This document shows, piece after piece, positions 47,141 through 57,748 of a stretch of DNA of 64,000 nucleotides. The position numbers and the translations under genes were made by a program. Source of the DNA: Thermoplasmatota archaeon (GTDB taxonomy: Archaea; Thermoplasmatota; E2; JACPAO01; JAHFTW01); assembly GCA_041601615.1 (NCBI GenBank), contig JBFIHX010000007.1:93468-157467 (forward strand). Direction: 5' to 3'. The notes beneath the pieces were generated by a model. The model worked only from the letters and a program-made list of their open reading frames with translations. It was not told where the DNA came from and made no database searches. The first letter of the stretch is position 1. Every line of letters begins with the position of its first letter.

Positions 47141-49600
47141 TTAGAACCAGGTGATGGCGCCGCTGATGGCGGTTTGGCCGCTGGTGCTGGTGGCGCGGAA
47201 TTCCACGACCGAGCCTTTGGAGAGCTTGGTGGAGGTGGAGTAGGAGTTCCACTGGGTCTCGTCCATGGTGTTCCAGGCGCCGCCGTTGATGCGGGCGTCG
47301 ACCTTGGCTAAGGGCGCGGTTGCGTCCACGTTGGTTTCGATCCACCACTTGTTGCCTTGGGTCTTTGGCGCGAAGGTGGCGGTGAACGGCGCGGGGGCTG
47401 GTTCGGGGGTGGGCACGGGCACCGGGGTGGGTGCGGGTTCGGCGCCGAGCCAGGCGTACGCTTGGGAGGTCACGGTTTGTCCGTCGGTGCTGGTGGCTTG
47501 GAAGACCACGCTGCTGCCGGGGGCGACGTGGAAGCTCTTGGCGTAGGTGCCCCAGCTTGTCGCGGGCAGCACAACCGGGGCGCCGCCGTTGACGATGGCT
47601 TCGACTTTGGCGATGGTTCCGGTGCTGGTGGCGGTTGCTTCGACCCACCAGGCGTTGACGTTGGCCGTGGGGGCCATGGTCGCTTGGAAGGTTGGCAGGG
47701 TGGTCGTGACGGTTTTGCTGGATGTTCCGGTGAGGCTGCCGTCGCTGACGGTGAGCTTCACGGTGTAGGTGCCGGGGGCGGCGTAGGTGTGGGTGGCGGT
47801 TTTGCCGCCGGCCATGGCGCCGTCGCCGAAGTTCCAGGTGTAGCTGAGGGCGTCGCCGTCGGGGTCCGTGGAGCTGCTTGCGTCGAGGCTGGCGGTGAGG
47901 CGGGCCGTGGTGGCGCTAAAGCGGGCTGTGGGGGCTTGGTTGACCGGTTCCGGTTCAGGCTCGGGCTCCGGTTCGGGGGCGGGGGTGCTGCCGCCGAGCC
48001 AGGAGAACGCTTCGGAGGTGACGGTTTGGCCGCCGCCGTTGGTGGCACGGAAGACCATGGAGCCCGCGGGAGCGTAGAAGCTCTTGGCGTAGCTGCCCCA
48101 GTTGGTGGCAGAGAGCGCGATGGCGGTGCCGCCGTTGTGGATGGCTTCGACTTTGCTGATGGTTTGATCGCTGCTGACTTGCACGTCGACCCACCATTCG
48201 TTGACGTTTTTGGAGGGCGTGAAGTCGGCGGTGAAGTCCGGCGTGGGTTCCGGAGCAGGAGCGGGCGCGGGCGCGGGCGCTGGAGTTGCGCCGCCGAGCC
48301 AGGACATGGCGGACGAGGTGACGGTTGCGCCGCTTGTATCGGTGGCTCGGAAGACCATGGAGCCCGCGGGAGCGTAGAAGCTCTTGGCGTGGGTGCCCCA
48401 GCTGGTAGCGGATAGTTGGACCGGTGCGCCGCCGTTGTGCATGGCTTCGACTTTGCTGATGGCGTGGTTGCCGGTGACTTTCACGTCGACCCACCATTCG
48501 TTGCTGCCGGAGGACGGCGTGAAGCTGGCGGTGAAGTCGGTGTTCGGTGTCGGGGGCGTGGTTGGGTTGCCGCCGCTGCTTGGGCTGCCGCGTTCGGCGA
48601 GTACGCCGTTGATCCAGACGTGTCCGGCGGGCTTCAGGTCGCCGCTGCCGCTCCAAGCGATTCCCCAGTGGCGTTCGGCTTCGCCGTAGTAGTTGGCGAG
48701 GTTCATGCCGGGGCTGTCGCGGAAGCTGCGGTAGATGAGGGCCTCGACGCCGGCTTCTTTGAGCTCGCTCATTCCGTCGAAGAATTGGCGCATTTCATTG
48801 GCTTGCAGGTCGAGGTATTGGGGCTCGGGGTAGGAGCTTAGGGCGAGGTCTTGGATGAAGATGGGTTTCTGGAAGAGGTTGTTGAGGTAGTTGGCGTTGT
48901 TGACGGTGTCTTCGAAGAGGTTGTTGTAGTGGGTTTGGCTGTCGCGGGTGGAGCCACGCATGCCTTGGATGCCGACGAAGTCGCTGGCGGCCGCGGTGCG
49001 GTCCCAGGTGCTCCAGGCGTTGGGGTTCCAACTGCCGAGGCTCAAGACAATCTTGGCGTTCGGGTAGCCGGCGTGGAGGCGGTCGGCCATGGTGGCCAGC
49101 ATGGCGTCGAGGGGTTCGTAGTATTGGACGTCGCCTTTGTTGAATTCGGATTCGAGGAAGATGACCACTTCGTCGCCGCCCATGCGGCTGTGGAGGTGGT
49201 TGATGAGTTGGTCGGCGAGGTTGTTCCAGCCGGCTTGGTCTTTTTGGGCGCCGTGCAGGCTGCTCCAGCAACCGTAGTTGAGGCAGTTTTGGCTGATGTC
49301 GTCGCCCCAGTAGTAGAAGTGGATCGCGGGCGTGACGCCGGCGTTCTTCATGGTGGTGAGTTGGCTGTCGGGGCTTCCCCAACCGCCGCCGTTAAGCGTC
49401 CAGGGGCCGACCCAGAAGGTGCCGTAGTCGGGGGCTACGCCGGCATTGGTTTGGTAGCCGATGGAGGCGGCTTCCATGCCGAATCCCATCGTGCCTGGGG
49501 ATGATGTGGTTGCGCCGACGGAATCGACGACGAGCGGGAGACCTCCCATAATGAGGCCAAGGCTGAGTATGGCTGTCGCTAGTTTGTTCATATGCAGCAC
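47141..49600 (-). CDS. Secreted GH26-like hydrolase with four Trp-rich modules and a PKD domain
   Basis: Signal peptide and the catalytic domain seen in 42477-43859. PKD motif NQAPTA.F...[24 protein letters not shown] linkers. Confidence 0.75.
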   Translation of the reverse strand: MLHMNKLATAILSLGLIMGGLPLVVDSVGATTSSPGTMGFGMEAASIGYQTNAGVAPDYGTFWVGPWTLNGGGWGSPDSQLTTMKNAGVTPAIHFYYWGDDISQNCLNYGCWSSLHGAQKDQAGWNNLADQLINHLHSRMGGDEVVIFLESEFNKGDVQYYEPLDAMLATMADRLHAGYPNAKIVLSLGSWNPNAWSTWDRTAAASDFVGIQGMRGSTRDSQTHYNNLFEDTVNNANYLNNLFQKPIFIQDLALSSYPEPQYLDLQANEMRQFFDGMSELKEAGVEALIYRSFRDSPGMNLANYYGEAERHWGIAWSGSGDLKPAGHVWINGVLAERGSPSSGGNPTTPPTPNTDFTASFTPSSGSNEWWVDVKVTGNHAISKVEAMHNGGAPVQLSATSWGTHAKSFYAPAGSMVFRATDTSGATVTSSAMSWLGGATPAPAPAPAPAPEPTPDFTADFTPSKNVNEWWVDVQVSSDQTISKVEAIHNGGTAIALSATNWGSYAKSFYAPAGSMVFRATNGGGQTVTSEAFSWLGGSTPAPEPEPEPEPEPVNQAPTARFSATTARLTASLDASSSTDPDGDALSYTWNFGDGAMAGGKTATHTYAAPGTYTVKLTVSDGSLTGTSSKTVTTTLPTFQATMAPTANVNAWWVEATATSTGTIAKVEAIVNGGAPVVLPATSWGTYAKSFHVAPGSSVVFQATSTDGQTVTSQAYAWLGAEPAPTPVPVPTPEPAPAPFTATFAPKTQGNKWWIETNVDATAPLAKVDARINGGAWNTMDETQWNSYSTSTKLSKGSVVEFRATSTSGQTAISGAITWF

Positions 49601-50162
49601 CGATGGCCAGGCGGGTCGGCGGGGAGCCTGTGGAGGTCAGGTGCTGGTGTTGCACCGTGTTCCTGCCCCGTCTGGACAAAGACCCATTCACCCTTGTGGA
49701 ATATAGGCCGGCACGGTGGTTGTTAAAGGCGATGAACGAAATTTCTTGTTTTGTATAAGAAGTTTTGTTGCATTTTTGGGCCCCTAGGGAGGGGCGGTTC
49801 GGAGGGGCATTGGGAGCGTTTCCGGAGGCCTGTATGCCTTTTTACCTCCCGTTGGGCGTTTGGGCGGGCGGGCGTTTGGGACCGGTTTTTGCCTTTTTGG
49901 CGCGAACAATTCGTGCAACAAATCAACCGAACAATGATTGGTGTGGATGGGGGGAGTCGCGGCGGCGGGTTGACCGTGCAAAGTGGGCAGGGGCAATCGC
50001 TTGATCAATGGAAGGGAGGTGGCGGGAAGATTTCAGGAAAGGAGCCGGGCTGGGAAGGGCCGGGCAAAGAAAGCGACAAGATCAATGGAAACAAACGGGG
50101 GGAAGGGGATGGAGAAAGGCGGGGAAGGGCCGCACGGGTGGGCCGGCGTCAATGATGGTGGG

Positions 50163-52829
50163 CTAGATCCACACCACCGTTTGGCTGGTCACGACGGTTC
50201 CTCCAGTGCTCGTGGCTCTGAATACTACGTTGGCGCCGTCGGGAACAAAGAAGCTCTTGGCCCAGGTGCCCCAGGAGGTTTTGGGGAGGTTGACCCATGC
50301 GCCGCCGTTGACTTGGGCTTCGACGCTGGCGGGTGGTTGTGAGGAGGTTACGCTCACTTCGACCCACCAGTTGTTGCTTGGGTCACTTGGCTTGAAGGTG
50401 GCGGTGAATGCGCCGCCGCTTGAGAGCCAGGTGTAGGTGGTGGATTTTACGGCTGCTCCATCGGTGTCGGTGGCGGTGAATTGCACTTTGGCACCGGAGG
50501 GGACGTGGAAGCTCTTGGCCCAATTGCCCCAGCTTTGTTTGGTGAGTGCTACGGGTGCGCCTCCGTCCACGGTGGCGGTGACGGTTCCGACGGGGTGGTT
50601 GCCGGTCACTTTCACTTCGACCCACCAGTTGTTGACGCTGCCGGGGACTTGGAAGGTGGCAGTGAAGTCACCAGAGGGCGGGGGAGGAGGCGGGGGCGCG
50701 GAGCCGAGCCATTGGAAGGGGTCGCTTGTGACGCTGTCTCCGACGGTGTTGGTGGCTTTGAAGACCACCGTGCTGCCGGTTGCCACGAAGAAGCTCTTGG
50801 CCCAATTGCCCCAGCTTTGATGCGGGAGGTCGATGGGTGTGCCGCCGTCCACGGTGGCGGTTACACTCGCGATTGCGTGGACACTGGCCACTTCCACTTC
50901 GACCCACCAGTTGTTGACGCTGCCAGGGACTTTGAACGTCGCTTCGAAGGTGCCGCTGGGTGGCGGAGGCGTGCTAAGCGGCACGCTGCCTTTGGTGTGG
51001 ACGCCGTCGAGCCAAGTAAACGGTGCACTTTGGCTTGCAAAGTTACCGGCGTCCATTGCGCGGAATTCGACTTTGGTGCCGGCGACGGTGTGGTGGGAGG
51101 AGGTCCAGGCGCCCCAGGAGCTCATGGTCATGGGGTTCCAGCCGCCGTCATTGATGCGGATGGACATGCCAGTAATCGCGCGCGCCGGGGAGGGGTTTGC
51201 GGTCACTTCTTGCCACCATTGGTTGGGGTTTTTGATGGTGAATGTAGCGTCGAAATCGCCTGTGGGTGGCGGAGTTCCGCCTCCTGCTGTGGGGTACGGC
51301 AGGTGGGGCCAGGCGGCGTTGTAGGCGGCGTGGGTGTCGTAGACGAGGATGGCGCCGCCGCTGACGGCGTTGGTGGCGGCTTCGACGGGCACGATCCATT
51401 GCATGGTGCCGGTGTTCCAGAGGTCTTCGACGATGGGACCTCGGCTGACTTTCCATGGGGTGGTGCCGATGAAGGTTTCTTTGGCGCCGGTGATTCCGTT
51501 GAGGTACCAGATGCCGTCGCCGTTGTGGCCGGGGCCATTGGCAAACAGTTCCTGAACACCGTCTTCATCTATGTCGGCAAGCGCCAGGTCCTTGTTGTTC
51601 CAGTAGGTGTTCATGGTCTGTTTCCAGACGAGGTTGCCTGTGGAGTCGTAGCGGTAGAAGTGGGCGGGGCCGGTGATTTGCCAGGCGTTGGTGGGGTCGC
51701 CGGGGAAGGGCGGCTTGTGTCCGACGGTGTTCCAGTCGGCCCAGAATACGTCGGCTTTGCCGTTGCCGTCGATGTCGTACACGATGGGGTGGGTGTAGGT
51801 GAGTGGGGCGCCGCCGTTGAAGTCTTGGCGCATCCATAGGAGACCGCCGCTGCCTTTGACCACGAACAGCGCCGCGTGGTTCTTGGAAAAGTCGTAGCGG
51901 TCGTGGCTGTCGCGGGCGCCGAAGACGATGTCTAGGGGGCCTACGCCGTCCACTTGGGCGATGGTGGCTCCGACGGGGATGGACGCGGCGCCGAGGTTGT
52001 ATTGCGGGTGTCCGGCCCAGAATGTCCACTTCGTGGCGCCGGTTTGGCCGTTGCTGACGGTGACGACGCCGCCGTCGCTGACCCAGACTACTTCGAGGGT
52101 TCCGTCGAAGTTGAGGTCGGCTACGGCGGGTTCGGAGTTGCCGCCACTAATGCAGGTTTTCCACATGATGCTGCCGTCGAGGCGCAGTGCGAAGCCGCCT
52201 TTTTCTTCGGTGTAGGCAAGAATTTCTAGGTCGCCGTCGCCGTCAAGGTCTGCGAGCACGGGTTTGCTGTCCATGCCGGGGTTGGGTTCGCAGTCGTTCA
52301 GGCGTCGTTCCCAGAGTTTGGTGAATTGGAAGTGTCCAGGGTTGCTTGCGCTGTCTTCGTAGCGAAACAGCGTGATGTAGGATGCGGAGTTGGCGACGAC
52401 CACATGCGGCACGCCGCCTTCGACGAGTACGACTGCTTCGGGGCCGTTGATGGGGCGGGCTCCCCAGCCTCCCGGGTACTTGGTTTGTAGTTCAGACAGG
52501 AGGGCGCCGGTTTTGGAGTCGAAGACATAGACGTAGCGGTTGTCGTTTTGGACGACGATTTCTTTTTTGCCGTCGCCGTTGAAGTCGAACACTTTGGGGG
52601 GTGCTGCGTCGAAGGCTTCGAACGGTACGGTGGGGTTGGCGCTGGCGGTGTCGATGGTGAGCACGCGAGCGGTGGGCGCGGGTGCTGCTTCTACGCTGGG
52701 CACGGGCACGACCACCAACAGTGCGGCGCCGAGCAAGACGGCGCAGGCGAGGAGGGTCCATGGAAGTTGGTGCTTGGGAGTGGTTGTTTTTGGGGGGGTT
52801 CGGGGGTTCGGTTGCGTCGCGAGCTTCAT
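50163..52829 (-). CDS. Secreted FG-GAP/VCBS beta-propeller protein with four Trp-rich modules
   Basis: Repeated D.N/DGDG..E/DI Ca-binding motifs and four C-terminal 'NWWVEV...SWG.WAKSF' modules. Confidence 0.8.
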   Translation of the reverse strand: MKLATQPNPRTPPKTTTPKHQLPWTLLACAVLLGAALLVVVPVPSVEAAPAPTARVLTIDTASANPTVPFEAFDAAPPKVFDFNGDGKKEIVVQNDNRYVYVFDSKTGALLSELQTKYPGGWGARPINGPEAVVLVEGGVPHVVVANSASYITLFRYEDSASNPGHFQFTKLWERRLNDCEPNPGMDSKPVLADLDGDGDLEILAYTEEKGGFALRLDGSIMWKTCISGGNSEPAVADLNFDGTLEVVWVSDGGVVTVSNGQTGATKWTFWAGHPQYNLGAASIPVGATIAQVDGVGPLDIVFGARDSHDRYDFSKNHAALFVVKGSGGLLWMRQDFNGGAPLTYTHPIVYDIDGNGKADVFWADWNTVGHKPPFPGDPTNAWQITGPAHFYRYDSTGNLVWKQTMNTYWNNKDLALADIDEDGVQELFANGPGHNGDGIWYLNGITGAKETFIGTTPWKVSRGPIVEDLWNTGTMQWIVPVEAATNAVSGGAILVYDTHAAYNAAWPHLPYPTAGGGTPPPTGDFDATFTIKNPNQWWQEVTANPSPARAITGMSIRINDGGWNPMTMSSWGAWTSSHHTVAGTKVEFRAMDAGNFASQSAPFTWLDGVHTKGSVPLSTPPPPSGTFEATFKVPGSVNNWWVEVEVASVHAIASVTATVDGGTPIDLPHQSWGNWAKSFFVATGSTVVFKATNTVGDSVTSDPFQWLGSAPPPPPPPSGDFTATFQVPGSVNNWWVEVKVTGNHPVGTVTATVDGGAPVALTKQSWGNWAKSFHVPSGAKVQFTATDTDGAAVKSTTYTWLSSGGAFTATFKPSDPSNNWWVEVSVTSSQPPASVEAQVNGGAWVNLPKTSWGTWAKSFFVPDGANVVFRATSTGGTVVTSQTVVWI

Positions 52830-54358
52830 GCTGCATCACCTGTCTTTGTGGCGGATGCTCCGAGGTCGAAGACCAGCACCGCGCCGTTTCGTGGGCCGTC
52901 GATGGGCTCCACGGGAAACACGAGGCTCATGCTACCATCGTGTTGAAGATCGAACAGTTGCGGACCGCGCATGAGCTTCCACCCGCCTGCTGCAAGGTAC
53001 CCTTCTTTCTTGCCGGTGGCGCTATCGAGGCGCCAGATGCCGTCTCCGCCGAGGCCTTCGCCGTTGACGAGCAGTTCCATTGTGCCGTCGCCGTTGGTGT
53101 CTGCCGCGGCGATGGCTTTGTTGGACCACCAAGCGTCTAGGGTTCGCACCCAGACTTCCTCGCCGTCGGCGGTGAGTCGAAAGGCGTGGGCGGGGCCGAG
53201 GTGTTGCCAGTTGCCGGGCCAGTGTCCGATGGTGTTCCAGTCCATGCCGAGGATGTCGGTGGCGCCGTCGTTGTCGATGTCCATGGCGAGGAGTGGGGTG
53301 TAGCTCATGGGGTTGGCCCATTCGGGTTGCTTCATCCAGACCAGTTCGGATTTCCAGGTCTCGGGGTTTTGGCGCACGGCAAAGATGGCCATGTGGTAGT
53401 CGCTGAAGGCGTCGGGGTCGTCGCTGGGGGCGTGGCGGGCGGTGAACAGGATTTCGAGGGGGAGTTTGCCGTCCAGGTCTGCCACGGTGGGTGCGACGGG
53501 GATGGATGCAGGCGCGATGCCGTAGCGTGGGTCGGCGGCGTGAAAGGACCATTGCGGTGCGCCTGTGGCGCCATCGAGCACGGAGAGGAGGCCGTCGTCG
53601 GAGGCGAAGATTGCTTCGAGGTCGCCGTCGCCGTCAAGGTCGGCTACCACGGGGCTTGCGTTGCCGCCGGCCCAGCAGTGGCTCCACCTGGTTGTGCCGT
53701 TGGATTCGAGGGCAAAGAATCCCACTTGTTCCGTTTGTACGAGCACTTCGAGCGCTCCGTCGCCGTCAAGATCGGCAAGCACCGCGCCTGCGTCCATGCC
53801 GGCACCTGGATAGCAACCGTCCATGCGTACTTCCCAGGCTTTGTCAAATTGGAACGTGCCGTCAAGGTCGGTACCCTGAAAGGTCCAGGCGGTAACGTAG
53901 GCGGCGGGACTGGTGGCCAGGAGGGCAATGGGTCCATCGGGTTCCAATCGTCCAGCGGCGACTTGGTTGAGGACATTGTCGACGTGCCAGGAGGGAGGAA
54001 ATCGTAGCGGCAGCCGGGCGAGCACTTGGCCGGTGTCCGAGTCGAAGACGTAGACGTGGCGGTCACGGCTTGCAGCGACCAATTCGTCGCGGCCGTCCCC
54101 GTCCAAATCGATTGCGGTCAAGGCGGTGTCGATGGAGCCGGGCCATGCGTCCAGGCCGGACGTTGCGGGGTCGCCAAAGGCGCCGAGCCAACGGGCTTGC
54201 GAGCCTGCGCCGACGGACCAGCCATCCAAAACCGGGGCGGCGACAGGATCGGGGCCTTCTGCGCCGGTCTCGCGGCCACCTCCTTGGAGACATCCGGCGA
54301 TGGCGGCGCTGCCCACAAAGCACGCTGCAAGGACCATGCGGCGGGTGGACCGGCTCAT
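52826..54358 (-). CDS. FG-GAP/VCBS beta-propeller lipoprotein (paralog of downstream gene)
   Basis: MSRSTRR...IAGC (twin-Arg plus lipobox), DLDGDG repeats, and the shared DWNT.GH motif. Confidence 0.8.
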   Translation of the reverse strand: MSRSTRRMVLAACFVGSAAIAGCLQGGGRETGAEGPDPVAAPVLDGWSVGAGSQARWLGAFGDPATSGLDAWPGSIDTALTAIDLDGDGRDELVAASRDRHVYVFDSDTGQVLARLPLRFPPSWHVDNVLNQVAAGRLEPDGPIALLATSPAAYVTAWTFQGTDLDGTFQFDKAWEVRMDGCYPGAGMDAGAVLADLDGDGALEVLVQTEQVGFFALESNGTTRWSHCWAGGNASPVVADLDGDGDLEAIFASDDGLLSVLDGATGAPQWSFHAADPRYGIAPASIPVAPTVADLDGKLPLEILFTARHAPSDDPDAFSDYHMAIFAVRQNPETWKSELVWMKQPEWANPMSYTPLLAMDIDNDGATDILGMDWNTIGHWPGNWQHLGPAHAFRLTADGEEVWVRTLDAWWSNKAIAAADTNGDGTMELLVNGEGLGGDGIWRLDSATGKKEGYLAAGGWKLMRGPQLFDLQHDGSMSLVFPVEPIDGPRNGAVLVFDLGASATKTGDAA

Positions 54359-55311
54359 TCGGGTCCACGCCCCTTCTTGGGCACCGGTTCTTCGGCCCAG
54401 CGCAAATGTGCGGGCACTGCATGCGTGCCGAGTCCGCCCCCTCCGGGTGCCCCGTTTCCTCGGACCATGCGGGGAGTGTTCGGGTTGGTTGCGGGGGCAC
54501 GGGGCCGGCGTTCGGGTCGCGTGGTGCGTGGTAGCGAACGGAACCGGGAGCGCACGAGGCACCATCCGATGCGGGCGCCGTCGCGGGTGGCGGAGAGTTT
54601 GGTGGTGCCGGCGCGGGGCAGGTAGTCGGCTTGGATGTGGGCGATGCGCAGGTGCTGCCGGGAGGCGAGGGCAAACAGTTCGGCCTCCAATTCGAAGCCC
54701 TTGCTTTCGAGCGGCATGTGCAAGAGCACGTCGGCGCGGAAGGCCCAGAGGCCGGTGCAAAGATCCGGGCAGCGGCGGCCGTAGAGCACTGCGGCGCCCG
54801 CTGAGAGTAGCGCGTTGCCCACTTTGTGTAGGCCAGACATGGAGCCGGGCAGCGGGCGTCGGTCTCCCATCACCACATCTGCGTCGCCCCAAGCCAGTGG
54901 TTCGAGAACGCGCGGGATGGCGTCGGCGGCGTAGCTTCCGTCGGCGTCGAGCATCACGACGTAGTTGCAGGTAAGCCCTTGGCGGGCGTTGCGGACGGCG
55001 GAGCCTTTGCCATCGGATTCGTCGGGGATGACCGTTGCGCCTTCAGCTCGCGCGATGTCGGGCGTGCCGTCGTTGCTGTGGCCATCAAGTACGATGGTTT
55101 CCACTTCGTAGCCCAGTGCTTCTAGGGTGGCGACCGGGATGGCGCGCAGCGTGGCTCGGATTGCTTCGGCCTCGTTTTTGGCGGGCACAACGATGGTAAC
55201 CTTGCCCGCTTTGTGCGACGATGTTGTCGGCGCCGATGAGTCGCGTGTGCGCGTGTTGCGTTGCGGTCCGGCCCCGGGTTTGACCTCCATTGCAAAGCCA
55301 GTGTCGCTCAT
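54355..55311 (-). CDS. GT2 glycosyltransferase (DPM-synthase-like)
   Basis: VTIVVPAKNE, LDGHSNDGT, GKG.AV, MLDADGSY, DLCTG and GFELEAEL. Confidence 0.9.
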   Translation of the reverse strand: MSDTGFAMEVKPGAGPQRNTRTRDSSAPTTSSHKAGKVTIVVPAKNEAEAIRATLRAIPVATLEALGYEVETIVLDGHSNDGTPDIARAEGATVIPDESDGKGSAVRNARQGLTCNYVVMLDADGSYAADAIPRVLEPLAWGDADVVMGDRRPLPGSMSGLHKVGNALLSAGAAVLYGRRCPDLCTGLWAFRADVLLHMPLESKGFELEAELFALASRQHLRIAHIQADYLPRAGTTKLSATRDGARIGWCLVRSRFRSLPRTTRPERRPRAPATNPNTPRMVRGNGAPGGGGLGTHAVPAHLRWAEEPVPKKGRGPE

Positions 55312-57131
55312 TGCGGCACCTCCGAGATTCGATAGGTCAAGACACGAGAATGGGCAAGACCCATGCCGCTGCATAGCGAGTCTACGGGTTGCCAAGGCTC
55401 TTGATGCAAGAACGATAGGTCAAGGCCCGGATTCTCCAGCACGAGGTAGCGATCCACGAGCACCAGCACATTCCTACCTCCAAGAATTTGGTCCGTGAGC
55501 ACCTTGTTTCGGTGCGGTTCGTCCCAGTAGAAGCCTTGGCTTGGCCAGACGTTCAATGGCTCGGGAGCAAAGGCCGCGAGGACCAATTTGGCTTGCCAGC
55601 CGCCCGTGATGATGATCGTGGAACCGTCTTGTTCCTGGGCCAAGCCGCGCAGCGCCTCGAACTCGCAGTCCGGGTAGAGTCGATACCAGCCACCTTCGTA
55701 TTCGGGCGGCGAAGCGGCGTAGACTGTGCCCGTGAGTGCCACGGTCAAGAACAAGGAAAGCACGCCGCCCGCCATGGCAGAGCGTGCCCCATTTCGAGAG
55801 CCGGAAACATGACCCTTGTGCAGGGCTGCGTTGTTCCATGCCCGCACAAATGTCCGGACGGCGGCACCCGCGAATGATCCGGCAAGCAGAACGAGTCCGA
55901 TGCCAAGGTACGCGGCGGTGCGGTGGGGCCAGTATTCGCTGTTGAATGGATTGTGCACCACGAAGGGCAACGTCGCCGCCGCCAATCCCGCGCCCAGCAA
56001 GGCAGCCGGCGTGCGCACAAAGGGCAGCGCCACGAGGCCAGCCCCGGCGAGAACAAGAATTGGCCACCCCATCATGCGTGGCAAATCAACCTGGTCCGGC
56101 ATTCCGGCTCGAATGGCAGGCACCATCACCACGACAATCGCCACTGCAATGAGGCTGCTCAAGACCACCTTTGAAGGTGCTCGCGCAAGCCACGAACCGA
56201 TGCCATTTCGTGCACGCTCTAGGGGCCGTTGCAAAGCCACGAGGACGACGCCGAGGCCTACGCTGGTTCCACTGACGGCAAGCGCGATGCGATCCAGGTC
56301 GGCATCTAGTGTGGGCACATTGATGTCTTGGAAACCGAGGCCACAATCTTCCCAGCATGCAAACACCGCGACTCCAAGCGTCATGCCGCTCACAAGCAGC
56401 ACAGCACCAATGCCGGCGATGGTGGTGCCTACGGCCGATCGCTTCTGCGCCGCCGCACCCGCACCAGCGCCAATACTAGGACCCGCGTTGCTGCGCTGCC
56501 GATTCGTGGGTGCGTGCACCAACAAAGCCAGCACCGCCGTCGCGAGAATCGCCGGGCCAAGAATGCCCAATACCCACGGGTGGGAGACAATCAAAAACAA
56601 CGAGAAGGGCGCGGCGACCCCGAGCCACACGAACCGGCCCCGCATCAGTTCCAATAAGGCAAAGAACAGGAAGGGCAACAGCGCCAAGTCAAGAGCCGTC
56701 GGTGCCATCATGGTGGTGCGAAAGATCGCCTCTGGTGCGACCGCGAAAGCCATGCCACCTGTGAGCCCAGCAGCGAGGCCGCCCCATCGCGACAACAGCA
56801 CGGCACATCCAAGCACTCCGACGGCGCCAAAAACCGCTGGCCCGACACGGAAAATATCGTACAAATCGAGCCCAGTGTACACCCAAGCGGCGCCCAGCAC
56901 TGCGTGAAGCCCGGGCGGATAGGTGGTGCCGGTGGTGTACAATGGTTCAATGTTTCCGTCCGCCAAATGGCTGCGCGTGAGCGCCATGTGGGTGTATGGA
57001 TCCTCAGCCGGAACTGCCGGCGACGAGAGCGGGTCCTGCAGCCGCAGTACGAGGCCGAGCGCGACCGTGGCCGCCAAAGCCACGAGCATGACGGCTGTGG
57101 CAAGATGATGCACCGTAGAATCCCTGGTCAT
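55308..57131 (-). CDS. Integral membrane GT-C-fold glycosyltransferase-like protein
   Basis: First loop AEDPYTH followed by YPPGLH, about 13 TM and a C-terminal extracellular domain. Confidence 0.6.
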   Translation of the reverse strand: MTRDSTVHHLATAVMLVALAATVALGLVLRLQDPLSSPAVPAEDPYTHMALTRSHLADGNIEPLYTTGTTYPPGLHAVLGAAWVYTGLDLYDIFRVGPAVFGAVGVLGCAVLLSRWGGLAAGLTGGMAFAVAPEAIFRTTMMAPTALDLALLPFLFFALLELMRGRFVWLGVAAPFSLFLIVSHPWVLGILGPAILATAVLALLVHAPTNRQRSNAGPSIGAGAGAAAQKRSAVGTTIAGIGAVLLVSGMTLGVAVFACWEDCGLGFQDINVPTLDADLDRIALAVSGTSVGLGVVLVALQRPLERARNGIGSWLARAPSKVVLSSLIAVAIVVVMVPAIRAGMPDQVDLPRMMGWPILVLAGAGLVALPFVRTPAALLGAGLAAATLPFVVHNPFNSEYWPHRTAAYLGIGLVLLAGSFAGAAVRTFVRAWNNAALHKGHVSGSRNGARSAMAGGVLSLFLTVALTGTVYAASPPEYEGGWYRLYPDCEFEALRGLAQEQDGSTIIITGGWQAKLVLAAFAPEPLNVWPSQGFYWDEPHRNKVLTDQILGGRNVLVLVDRYLVLENPGLDLSFLHQEPWQPVDSLCSGMGLAHSRVLTYRISEVPQ

Positions 57132-57298
57132 GATGGTCCGTTTTTCCTTCGCGGCCTGCCTAGTTGCGCGTGTTGGGACAACGCTGCGGCAAAAACGGGA
57201 CCACGGGCCATGGGAGGAACGGCCCCCATCTGCCTTGCCCCGCCGGCACGAATCGTCGTGGCACAAACCTCAACCTCCTCTAGCTCCGAACGTCCATC

Positions 57299-57748
57299 AT
57301 GGCCAGTTCCCTCGCGTCCGCTTCCAAAACAACATCGCAGACCGCTCCCGCCTGGCCCCTGCGGCTTGCTCAATCCACGGATTTGTTGCTAGCACTCGCG
57401 GTCGTCGCAGGTGCAGCAGCGGCTCGTTCGTTGCCCGGCGGAAGCACGCTTCGACTCGTATTGACGCTACCGGTGATCCTGTTTGTTCCCGGCTACCTGT
57501 TGCTCCAGGCGCTGTTGGTTCCCGTGCGCCCCGGTGCCGGCCACTTGCTTCAAACTCTGCTCGCCGTCGGCATCAGCTTGCCTTTGGTGGGATTGTTTGC
57601 CCTCTCCACGTCCCTTGTGGCAGGCGGCTTTCGACCCACGCCAATCGTGCTTGCCATTTCGCTTGGGTGCCTGACACTGGCGGCGGTGGCGTTGGTGCGA
57701 CGATTGCTCCTACGAGCCCCGGCCGAGGCAGCTGGGGGCTTGGCTTGA
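57299..57748 (+). CDS. DUF1616-like membrane protein
   Basis: LP.ILFVPGYLL...L and LAVGISL; 4 TM. Confidence 0.55.
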   Translation: MASSLASASKTTSQTAPAWPLRLAQSTDLLLALAVVAGAAAARSLPGGSTLRLVLTLPVILFVPGYLLLQALLVPVRPGAGHLLQTLLAVGISLPLVGLFALSTSLVAGGFRPTPIVLAISLGCLTLAAVALVRRLLLRAPAEAAGGLA

